NCBI GenBank assembly: GCA_947593585.1
Contig: CANQDP010000005.1
Span: 3,477 to 67,476 of the forward strand
Origin: an uncultured Clostridia bacterium
Lineage (GTDB): Bacteria > Bacillota > Clostridia > Christensenellales > UBA1242
Reading direction: 5' to 3'
DNA: 64,000 nucleotides
Of the stretch, positions 55,265-63,090 are shown piece after piece. Position 1 is the first letter of the stretch, and every line of letters begins with the position of its first letter. Under the pieces are notes generated by a model, which had not been told where the DNA came from, did not search any database, and saw nothing but the letters and a program-made list of their open reading frames with translations. The position numbers and the translations under genes are program-made.

Positions 55265-58200
55265 CTATTCGTCCAAATCGTCAAACAAATCGCTATCGTC
55301 AAACGCTGTTTGATTAACATCGTTTTCATAAGCGGACTGCAAATCGTCAAATTCGAGAGTTACATCTTCAAGCACAGGCTTATTAACTGCCTCGATTGGC
55401 CTAATTTCTTCACCCTCTTCACCAACTTCGTTGATTGTGAGCTCGTGATTATCTGCCGTTAAAATCTTGACATCTAGGCACAAGCCTTGCATTTCTTTAA
55501 CGAGCACTTTGAACGATTCTGGCATGCCAGGCTCTGGGATTGGCTCACCTTTAACGATTGCTTCATACGTTTTGATACGCCCTTCCACATCGTCCGACTT
55601 AATTGTGAGCATTTCTTGCAACAATCTTGATGCACCATACGCTTCAAGTGCCCACACTTCCATTTCGCCGAAACGCTGACCGCCGAGTTGGTTTCTTCCG
55701 CCGAGTGGCTGCTGAGTGATAAGCGCATAAGTGCCTATACCACGCGCGTGGATTTTATCTTCAACCATGTGGTCTAGTTTCAACATATACATGGTGCCCA
55801 CAGTGGTTTTGTTTTCAAATGGCAAACCTGTGCGGCCATCATATAATTGCATTTTGCCGTCTTCTGGCAAGTTGTTTGATTTAAGCAGTTGCCTAATTTC
55901 TTCTTCGCTAGCACCATCGAATGCTGGGCTTTCAACCTTCCAATCTAAGTGCTTTGCTGCCCAACCTAAGTGCATTTCCATCAACTGACCTAAGTTCATA
56001 CGAGATGGAATGCCTAGTGGGTTAAGCACAATGTCTACCGTTTCGCCATTTGGCATATAAGGCATATCGCACTCTGGCAAAACAACCGATATAACGCCTT
56101 TATTACCATAACGGCCGGCAAGTTTATCGCCCACTTGAAGCACACGCTTTTGAGCGATATACACTTTAACCATCATATTAACGCCGGCATCAAGTTCGTC
56201 CTTATTCTTTCTAGATAAGATTTCAATGCCAACAACCACACCTTCCTGACCGTGCTGAACTTTTAGGCTGGTGTTTTTAACTTCTTTTGTTTTTTCACCA
56301 AATATGGCCTTCAACAATCTCTCTTCTGGGGTCAAATCTGTTTCGCCCTTAGGGGTAACCTTGCCCACCAATATGTCGCCAACTTTGACCTCTGTGCCTA
56401 TGCGAACAATACCGTCCTCATCAAGGTTTTTAAGAGCTTCTTCGCTAACGCCTGCAATATCGCGAGTGATTTCTTCATCGCCAAGTTTGGTCGTCCTTGC
56501 TTCTGTTTTAACTTGCTGGATGCTGATTGATGTGAATGCGTCATCTCGCACAATTCTTTCGTTAACTAGGATAGCGTCCTCGAAATTGTAACCTTCCCAA
56601 TTCATGAAAGCAACCGTCATATTTTTGCCTAGTGCAAGTTCGCCATTCTCTGTTGAGCCACCATCAACCAAAACCGTGCCTTTCTTGACTTTTTCGCCCT
56701 TTTTGACGATTGGCTTTTGATTGAAGCAAGCTTTTTCGTTTGTGCGCTCAAATTTGCGCAACTTGTGGTTCACAACGCTGCCATCAGCATATTCCATAGT
56801 GATATAGTCTGCTGAAACATATTTGCACACACCATCTTGCTCTGCCAAGATTAATGCGCCAGAATCAACTGCAATTTTATTTTCAATGCCTGTGCCCACG
56901 ATTGGAGCTTCTGCCCTGATTAGTGGAACTGATTGGCATTGCATGTTTGCACCCATTAGGGCACGGTTTGCTGCGCAGTGCTCAACGAAAGGAATAAGCC
57001 CTGCACCAACCGACAACAACTGCCTTGGGCTCAAATCAACAAGGTCTATCATCTGAGAATCAACATGCTCAGTTTGACCATTGTGGCGGCAATCAACATA
57101 TCCGTCTAAAATCACTTTGTCCTTTTGAGGGATGGTTGCCTGAGCAATATAGTGCCCACGCTCCTCATCTGCCATTAAGAACACGATATCGTCTGTAACT
57201 TTCCTAGTTTTAGGGTCAACTTTTCTATAAGGAGTTTCAATAAATCCATATCTATTAATGCGCGCATAAGAAGCCACCGAAGTCATCAAACCGATTTGCT
57301 GACCTTCTGGCGTTTCAACCACGCAAATTCTGCCATAGTGTGAAGGGTTGATATCACGCACTTCAACAGTGGCACGCTCACGCCTTACACCGCCCGGACC
57401 GGCAGATGACAACCTACGCTTATGCCTTAAGCTTGCTGCTGGGTTAATTTGGTCCATTAATTGGCTTAATTGGCTGGTTGCCATAAATTCTTTAAATGCT
57501 TTGTTTATTTGCCTTGCGTTTACGATTTGGCTAGGAGTAACCTCAGACAAATCGCGGCTTTGCATCGTTTCGCGCACTTGGGCTTGAAGTTTGTTCATAC
57601 CACGCCTAAACTCATCGCGAAGCAATTCTCCACTCGTTGCCACACGGCGCATTGAAAGGTTATCAATTTCATCAGTTTCGCCCAAACCATCAATTAAATT
57701 TAGGTGATAGCCGATTGTTGCCATAATATCATCTAGAGTGATTTGGAAATCTTCCAACTTCCTTGCGTTTTCTTTGATAGCGGCTTTTAAAGATTTTTCA
57801 TCCTTGCTATCCTTCATGATTTGCTGCAAAAGTGGCAGATAAACCAACTCGGTTATGCCAAACTCTTCTGGGTCTAATTTTGTGTAGGTTTTAAAATCTA
57901 CGCGCTTATTGCCAACCACGCGAACAACTTTGTCGTTAACCAAAACTTCCACTTCGTTTATGCCGGCATTTTGAATTGCCCAAGCCTTTTCAAAACTGAT
58001 AACTTCGCCCGCATGAGCAAAAATCTTTTTGCCCTGCTTTATGTCGTTTGCTGCCACTTGGTCAACAATTCTATTCGCAACGGACAATTTTTTATTAACC
58101 TTAAATCTGCCCACTTTTTCAAAATTGTAGTGCTGAGGGTTAAAGAAACGGTCATTAATATAAGCCAAAGTGTTGTCCGGATTAGGGATTTCGCCCGGCC

Positions 58201-58933
58201 TGGTTTTCCTGCCGAACTCAATCAATGCGTCCTCTTGCGTGTTTTGAGGCTCTTTTTCAAGAGTGTTCACCAAGAAAGGATGGCGCCCGAAAATTTCATA
58301 CATGTCCTCATTTGTGTAGCCAAAGCATTTTGGCAAAATGCCCAAACTCATTTTGAACCTGCGGTCCACATTCATTCTTAGGCAATCGCCGCTAACTTGC
58401 TCGGTTTGCACCCACATGCCATAACTTGGTTGGATAGAGCCAGAATAGTCCATTCTGCCATATTTGTTCATCTCTCCCTCGAAGATGACTCCTGGCGCTT
58501 TAATCATCTGGTTGAGCACAACCCTTTCAACGCCGTTGCAAATAAAGCCTCCGTCCTTAGACATGAACGGAATATCGCCCATAAACACTTCTTGGTCCAT
58601 AATCTGACCGGTTTCTTTCACAAGCAAGCGGACATTGACCTTTAATGGCACAGTGTAGCTAGTTTGCTTTAGTTTGCACTCCGACCATGAGTATTTGGGG
58701 GTTTTGTCTATAGAATAACTCAAAAAAGACAACTCAGCCTTGTTTGAGTAGTCAACAATAGGGTTAAATTCACTCAATATCTCCCCAATGCCCTCATCAA
58801 TAAAATTATTGTAAGAATCCTTTTGAATGTTTAAAAGGTCTGGCATTGTGTATGGCACTTCAATTTTAGCAAAACTCATTCTTTCAGCACGGCCGCGTTT
58901 TACCTTTTTAATGTTGAGTGTGTTTGAATTCAT
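55265..58933 (-). CDS. rpoB: DNA-directed RNA polymerase subunit beta
   Basis: 1222 aa with conserved RpoB blocks (GRHGNKGV-type GRYGNKGVIS, RFGEMEVWALEAYGA). Confidence 0.97.
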   Translation of the reverse strand: MNSNTLNIKKVKRGRAERMSFAKIEVPYTMPDLLNIQKDSYNNFIDEGIGEILSEFNPIVDYSNKAELSFLSYSIDKTPKYSWSECKLKQTSYTVPLKVNVRLLVKETGQIMDQEVFMGDIPFMSKDGGFICNGVERVVLNQMIKAPGVIFEGEMNKYGRMDYSGSIQPSYGMWVQTEQVSGDCLRMNVDRRFKMSLGILPKCFGYTNEDMYEIFGRHPFLVNTLEKEPQNTQEDALIEFGRKTRPGEIPNPDNTLAYINDRFFNPQHYNFEKVGRFKVNKKLSVANRIVDQVAANDIKQGKKIFAHAGEVISFEKAWAIQNAGINEVEVLVNDKVVRVVGNKRVDFKTYTKLDPEEFGITELVYLPLLQQIMKDSKDEKSLKAAIKENARKLEDFQITLDDIMATIGYHLNLIDGLGETDEIDNLSMRRVATSGELLRDEFRRGMNKLQAQVRETMQSRDLSEVTPSQIVNARQINKAFKEFMATSQLSQLMDQINPAASLRHKRRLSSAGPGGVRRERATVEVRDINPSHYGRICVVETPEGQQIGLMTSVASYARINRYGFIETPYRKVDPKTRKVTDDIVFLMADEERGHYIAQATIPQKDKVILDGYVDCRHNGQTEHVDSQMIDLVDLSPRQLLSVGAGLIPFVEHCAANRALMGANMQCQSVPLIRAEAPIVGTGIENKIAVDSGALILAEQDGVCKYVSADYITMEYADGSVVNHKLRKFERTNEKACFNQKPIVKKGEKVKKGTVLVDGGSTENGELALGKNMTVAFMNWEGYNFEDAILVNERIVRDDAFTSISIQQVKTEARTTKLGDEEITRDIAGVSEEALKNLDEDGIVRIGTEVKVGDILVGKVTPKGETDLTPEERLLKAIFGEKTKEVKNTSLKVQHGQEGVVVGIEILSRKNKDELDAGVNMMVKVYIAQKRVLQVGDKLAGRYGNKGVISVVLPECDMPYMPNGETVDIVLNPLGIPSRMNLGQLMEMHLGWAAKHLDWKVESPAFDGASEEEIRQLLKSNNLPEDGKMQLYDGRTGLPFENKTTVGTMYMLKLDHMVEDKIHARGIGTYALITQQPLGGRNQLGGQRFGEMEVWALEAYGASRLLQEMLTIKSDDVEGRIKTYEAIVKGEPIPEPGMPESFKVLVKEMQGLCLDVKILTADNHELTINEVGEEGEEIRPIEAVNKPVLEDVTLEFDDLQSAYENDVNQTAFDDSDLFDDLDE

Positions 58934-59021
58934 TCATTAACTCCTTATTCAGTTGTTATCCACCTAGGTATATACAATTTATTGTATATCTCTTAAATGG
59001 GACAATTTATCATACTAGCCT

Positions 59022-59050
59022 AGTGTAGCATGATTTTCAACTAATGTCAA
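59022..59050 (-). promoter_or_regulatory. Promoter of rpoB-rpoC
   Basis: TTGACA-TTAGTTGAAAATCATGC-TACACT (17-nt spacer, extended TG). An overlapping alternative is TTGAAA-17-TAGTAT. Confidence 0.5.
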
Positions 59051-59149
59051 TAGATTTTTCAAACTTTTTCAAGAAATTTTTAAAAATCGTGTCAAAACAG
59101 TTGACTTTTAAAAAATTTTAACTGATTTTTCAAAATTTGTGGAAAACGG

Positions 59150-59180
59150 CAAAAGAAAAATCCAGCACAGGGCTGGATTA
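59150..59180 (-). terminator. Intrinsic terminator after the LRR protein gene
   Basis: AATCCAGC-CCTGT-GCTGGATT followed by TTTCTTTT. Confidence 0.7.
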
Positions 59181-59182
59181 AT

Positions 59183-62100
59183 CTATTTATTTTTTGTGAA
59201 AATATAATATTCACTTGCATCATCTTCAGATTGTGTGAAGTTATTTTTTAAATAGTCTGGCATTGGGTTAGCCTCAGCGTCATCAACTATAGATTTAAGC
59301 ACTTTAACCGCTTCTCCAGAGCCAATATAATGTAATAGCCCCCCGCAAACTTTAAGGTCGTAATAGTCAGTTAACATCTTATATACCGCCGGGCTCTTCA
59401 CAGTTACGCTAGATAAATTTTCCAATTCGGAGAATGCATATTCCCCAACAGAGTTTACACTTGAGCCAATCACGATACTGGTTACATTTTTGCTTGGGTA
59501 AAATAGTTGATGAGTATAATTTTCGTAACCACATAGAAAATATTTTGGAATAGTTTTTACATTATCCCCTATTATCAACTCTATCCCTTCTTCCGCTGAG
59601 CCAGAGTTATAACATAACCCATAAATATTATAACCATCACTTACTGTTAATTCAGAAATGTTTTCAGCATTATATATTAATTTTTTTAATGTTCTGCAAT
59701 AACTAAACACTCCACCAGCAAGTGATTTTACACTGCTAGGAATAGTTACTTCTGTCAAAGGCGTACTGTCAAAAATATTATATCCAATTGTTTCAACTTG
59801 ATTTAGATCTATTGATGTCAATTTTAGACAGTAACCAAAAGCAGCACGCTCTAGGTTTTTCACAGCGTCTTGCAAAACCACACTTTTAAGTTCTGAGCAC
59901 TGATAAAAAGCCGAATCTCCAATGGTTTCAGCGCCAACGATTAAACTAGTTATTTTTGTTGTGCTAAAAGCTCTCTCTCCAACCACGGTTACGCTCTGAG
60001 GGATAATTAACTCACCATTTATAGTTGTAGCCATGAATGAATAATATCCTATGGATTTGACACCATTTGGGATAATTAATTCACCCGTTAGTCCTCTACA
60101 ATAACAAAATGAATATTGTTTTATTACAGTTGTGTCCTGCTCAAGCGTAATTGTGAAATTTCTATCTCTATCTCCAACAGGGCCTACTGCCACTTTTTCA
60201 TTATTATATTTATAATAGGTTACGCCATTTATGTCTTCAAATTCTCCTTTTTGAGATTCGTCAGTAATTATTCTATGTGCATAATATCCTATCATATTTC
60301 CATTTGAGGTGGATGAACTAAATTTAATTTGTATAGATGAAGACTTATTTATAACTTCAGTTAGTTTATAACAACCACTAAAAGCATAATTACCTATTTT
60401 AGAAACATTTTCACCTATTGTTAGGCGTATAATATTATCACAATCATTAAAAGCATGGTTTTTTATTGCTGTTGTATCTTGCTCTAGCGTAAGTTCAGTA
60501 AATTGATTTTTATCCCCTGCCGAATCTACTGCCACTTTTTCATTATTATATTTATAATAGGTTACGCCATTTATGTCTTCGAAAGTGCCTTTTTGAGATT
60601 CTTCTGTTATTACTCTGTGTGCAAAATATCCTATATATCCATTTGAGGAGGATGATCCGTCTAACGAAATATTAAGAGATGAAGACTTATTTATAACTTC
60701 TGTTAGTTTAAGACATTGATTAAAAGCATCACCTCCTATTTTAGAGACATTTTCACCTATTGTTACGCGTATAATATTATCACAACCATAAAAAGCATAT
60801 GTTTTTATTGCTGTTGTGTCTTGCTCAAATGAAACTATGTCAATTGAGTTTCTATCCCCAGAGGGACCTACTGCAACTGTGTCAGTATCATATTTATAAT
60901 AGGTTACGCCATTTATGTCTTCGAAAGTGCCTTTTTGAGATTCGTCTGTTATTATTCTATGTGCATATTGTCCTATATATCCATTTGAGGTGTATGGACC
61001 AAGCTGAATTTGTATAGATGAAGATTTATTTACAACTTCTGTCAGTCTATAACAATCATCAAAAGCACTAGAACCAATTTTAGAGACATTTTCACCTATT
61101 GTTACGCGAATAAGACTATCACAACCATAAAAAGCATAATTACCAATGCTGGTTATTCCATCACTTATAACTAATTCTGTAATATTCTTGCAATTATAAA
61201 ACGCTCCACCTGAAGAATAATTTGAAGAATCTGGGATAACAACATTATGCTCGCCGTTCTCGCCGTCATTATATGTGGCGGGGATGACTATTTTGCCTGA
61301 GATATTTTTGTTTGCTGCCTTCACTTCATAATGGTCGGTTACGAATGTGTACACAAGAGGCTGTGCAACTTCTTCGTTATATGAAATTGTTAGGTCGCCC
61401 GTAACTTTATAGCTAGTATCTGCTTGCTCGTTTGCGCCCGTTACGGTGATTGTTTGTGTGTAGCCTTCTTTTTGCTCTCTTGGTTGGATTGTTAGAATTT
61501 CGTCATAATAAACCTTATCCCCTTGATTGAGTTCGGTTTCTCCACGCTTAACCAACACTTGCTCATCAATCTCTTTAATTTCAAATTCTTTTGGAGTTTC
61601 TTCTAGGCTGATTGACACATTGCCTGTTACTGTGTAGGTGTGCTCATCTGCACTAAGCAATTCAAGCCCGGTTAGCGATAGAGATTGGTTATATCCTTCT
61701 TTTTCAACATAGGTGATTGTGAGCACATCGCCCTCACGCACTTTCGAGCCTGTTTCTAATGGCTCACCAGAGTGCATAACGGTTACGCCCGGCTGAATTG
61801 TAACAGAATAGAAATTTGGAACGCCTGTGATTGAAATGGTGATGTTTTGACGGACATGAGGGACTGTGTAAACCCCAAAAGCATCTGCCTCCAACACCTC
61901 GCCATTGGCTTTAACTTGGAATGTCTCTGCCAATTCTTCCACTAAGTGATCGTATTGCACTTTAAATGAGAAGGCTGAGTTCCACTCCACAGCCTGCTCA
62001 TCTTGCTCACTTGAAATTGTGAAATATTCACTCGTTGGGATTGAAATGCTAAACTGCTTGATTTTTAGCTTTAAGTATATAGTTGCTCCCTTTTCAACAG

Positions 62101-62449
62101 TGTCGGAATCCTTATATTGCTGTGTGCAGGCAGCATCTTTATATATACCCAATAGGTCATAGCCTTCAATTGATTTAATTTGAGATTTAATATTTTTAAT
62201 CTGAGCGCCTTTGCCAACAGTTAATTTGTATGAAGAAAAATTTTCAAGCGGTGAATCGACCACAATTTGGTAGCTGCCATGATTGTTTTGATAAATTGCC
62301 ACGCCCACAGGAACTGCCACCATTAAACCTGCCAGCACGGCAGTGGTGGTGATTACGGCTGCATTTCTGCGCCTACGCTTGCTTTGTTCCTTTTTAACAG
62401 ACTCGTTTATTTTTTGAGATTGTGTGTCCACTGGTTTTTTCTCTTTCAT
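59183..62449 (-). CDS. BspA-type leucine-rich-repeat surface protein (1088 aa) with an N-terminal signal-anchor and Listeria/Bacteroides-repeat-like modules
   Basis: N-terminal basic segment plus TM helix AAVITTTAVLAGLMVAVPVGVAIY. Flg_new-like unit (GYDLLGIYKDAACTQQY). Many LRR_5-type units (IGNYAFYGCDSLIRVTIGENVSKIGSSAF). Three 114-aa repeats. Confidence 0.85.
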   Translation of the reverse strand: MKEKKPVDTQSQKINESVKKEQSKRRRRNAAVITTTAVLAGLMVAVPVGVAIYQNNHGSYQIVVDSPLENFSSYKLTVGKGAQIKNIKSQIKSIEGYDLLGIYKDAACTQQYKDSDTVEKGATIYLKLKIKQFSISIPTSEYFTISSEQDEQAVEWNSAFSFKVQYDHLVEELAETFQVKANGEVLEADAFGVYTVPHVRQNITISITGVPNFYSVTIQPGVTVMHSGEPLETGSKVREGDVLTITYVEKEGYNQSLSLTGLELLSADEHTYTVTGNVSISLEETPKEFEIKEIDEQVLVKRGETELNQGDKVYYDEILTIQPREQKEGYTQTITVTGANEQADTSYKVTGDLTISYNEEVAQPLVYTFVTDHYEVKAANKNISGKIVIPATYNDGENGEHNVVIPDSSNYSSGGAFYNCKNITELVISDGITSIGNYAFYGCDSLIRVTIGENVSKIGSSAFDDCYRLTEVVNKSSSIQIQLGPYTSNGYIGQYAHRIITDESQKGTFEDINGVTYYKYDTDTVAVGPSGDRNSIDIVSFEQDTTAIKTYAFYGCDNIIRVTIGENVSKIGGDAFNQCLKLTEVINKSSSLNISLDGSSSSNGYIGYFAHRVITEESQKGTFEDINGVTYYKYNNEKVAVDSAGDKNQFTELTLEQDTTAIKNHAFNDCDNIIRLTIGENVSKIGNYAFSGCYKLTEVINKSSSIQIKFSSSTSNGNMIGYYAHRIITDESQKGEFEDINGVTYYKYNNEKVAVGPVGDRDRNFTITLEQDTTVIKQYSFCYCRGLTGELIIPNGVKSIGYYSFMATTINGELIIPQSVTVVGERAFSTTKITSLIVGAETIGDSAFYQCSELKSVVLQDAVKNLERAAFGYCLKLTSIDLNQVETIGYNIFDSTPLTEVTIPSSVKSLAGGVFSYCRTLKKLIYNAENISELTVSDGYNIYGLCYNSGSAEEGIELIIGDNVKTIPKYFLCGYENYTHQLFYPSKNVTSIVIGSSVNSVGEYAFSELENLSSVTVKSPAVYKMLTDYYDLKVCGGLLHYIGSGEAVKVLKSIVDDAEANPMPDYLKNNFTQSEDDASEYYIFTKNK
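60100..61140 (-). repeat. Three tandem 342-bp (114-aa) repeats inside the LRR gene
   Basis: The marker GGTTACGCCATTTATGTCTTC recurs at 60218, 60560 and 60902, exactly 342 bp apart. Copies 2 and 3 share identical runs of more than 50 nt. Confidence 0.85.
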
Positions 62450-62504
62450 TTATCCCCCTCTTTAGTGTGCCCCTAAAATTGAAATTTAGGCATATTCACT
62501 AATT

Positions 62505-62535
62505 ATTTTACTCGCACCCCCCCCCCCTAAGTCAA
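62505..62535 (-). promoter_or_regulatory. Promoter of the LRR surface protein gene with G11 in the spacer (candidate phase-variable)
   Basis: Minus strand reads TTGACT-TA-GGGGGGGGGGG-TGCGAG-TAAAAT. Spacer is 19 nt at the current tract length. ATG lies 55 nt downstream with an AGAGGGGGA RBS. Confidence 0.6.
62517..62527 (-). repeat. Homopolymeric tract, C11 on the plus strand and G11 on the coding strand
   Basis: Counted directly: 4 C at 62517-62520 plus 7 C at 62521-62527. The longest other G/C runs I saw are 5-6 nt. Confidence 0.95.
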
Positions 62536-62602
62536 GTAAAAATAGGAAAATTTGGAAAATTTTTGAAAAATAAATGCCTGGCGGATAATTTGCGCAGATT
62601 TG

Positions 62603-62684
62603 GGGGCGCACGGTTGCCCGCGCGAGCGGGCAACAAAAAAGGCACGATGTGCCTTTTTAAAAGTTGAAAACTTTTGTGCGCCCC
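62603..62684. other. GC-rich 82-nt element able to fold as a four-way junction (closing stem plus three hairpins)
   Basis: GGGGCGCAC (62603-11) pairs with GTGCGCCCC (62676-84). Inside are TTGCCCGC-GCGA-GCGGGCAA, AAAAAGGCAC-GAT-GTGCCTTTTT and AAAAGTT-GAA-AACTTTT. Confidence 0.5.
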
Positions 62685-62688
62685 TCCT

Positions 62689-62716
62689 TAAAAAAGAGAG
62701 GCGTCATAGCCTCCCT
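62689..62716 (-). terminator. Intrinsic terminator after the Cys-rich gene
   Basis: GGGAGGC-TATGAC-GCCTCTC followed by TTTTTT. Confidence 0.7.
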
Positions 62717-62744
62717 TTTGATTTAACCTCTTAAACCCGGTTAA

Positions 62745-62957
62745 TTAGCAACCGCAACCGGTGTTGCCTTGATTGCCACCATTGCAGCCACAGAGTAATA
62801 ATAAGATTATGATTAAGAAGCAAGGGTCTTTGCAACCACAATTGCATAACAATAAGATTAAGATAACAAGTGTGCAGATGTCGCAGCCGCTTGATTGACA
62901 GCCACAATTTGAGCCACAGCCGCAATCTCCACCATTATTAAAGAATTTGTTAAACAT
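62745..62957 (-). CDS. Cysteine-rich (14 Cys in 70 aa) small hydrophobic protein
   Basis: MFNKFFNNGGDCGCGSNCGCQSSGCDICTLVILILLLCNCGCKDPCFLIIILLLLCGCNGGNQGNTGCGC. Strong RBS CAGGAGGAAAA and its own terminator. Resembles small high-cysteine proteins of spore-forming Firmicutes. Confidence 0.65.
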   Translation of the reverse strand: MFNKFFNNGGDCGCGSNCGCQSSGCDICTLVILILLLCNCGCKDPCFLIIILLLLCGCNGGNQGNTGCGC

Positions 62958-63046
62958 TTTTCCTCCTGAGTGTTTTATGTAACTTACAAAGTTTTTTTCT
63001 TTGGTACCTTAAAATTTCCTTTGTACAATACATACTACGCAGAAAT

Positions 63047-63079
63047 AAAAAAAGTGTTACGGTCAAACTGCCGTAACAC
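63047..63079 (-). terminator. Intrinsic terminator after the 142-aa gene
   Basis: GTGTTACGG-CAGTTTGA-CCGTAACAC followed by TTTTTTT. Confidence 0.75.
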
Positions 63080-63090
63080 TGCAAATTCGC

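Noticed and set aside
10636-62449. Sortase (LPXTG), SLH or choline-binding anchoring of the large proteins.
   Set aside because: The C-termini were read directly and show no LPXTG-like motif followed by a hydrophobic and basic tail. No SLH or choline-binding repeats were seen either.
62603-62684. The cloverleaf-shaped element might be a tRNA or tRNA-like gene.
   Set aside because: Its loops are only 3-4 nt and its stems 7-10 bp. There is no 7-nt anticodon loop, no T-loop GTTCRANYC and no D-loop consensus. The geometry does not fit a tRNA, so it is kept only as an unexplained structured element.
62731-62925. Alternative 64-aa frame overlapping the Cys-rich gene.
   Set aside because: It is open only because of the repetitive GC-rich codons. 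It has no RBS, whereas the 62745-62957 frame has a strong RBS and a terminator.
62745-62957. The Cys-rich peptide might be a RiPP, lanthipeptide or sactipeptide precursor.
   Set aside because: There is no radical-SAM enzyme, LanM/LanB, cyclodehydratase, protease or ABC exporter gene nearby, and no leader/core organisation. The neighbours are a terminator-insulated LRR gene and an unknown 142-aa gene.
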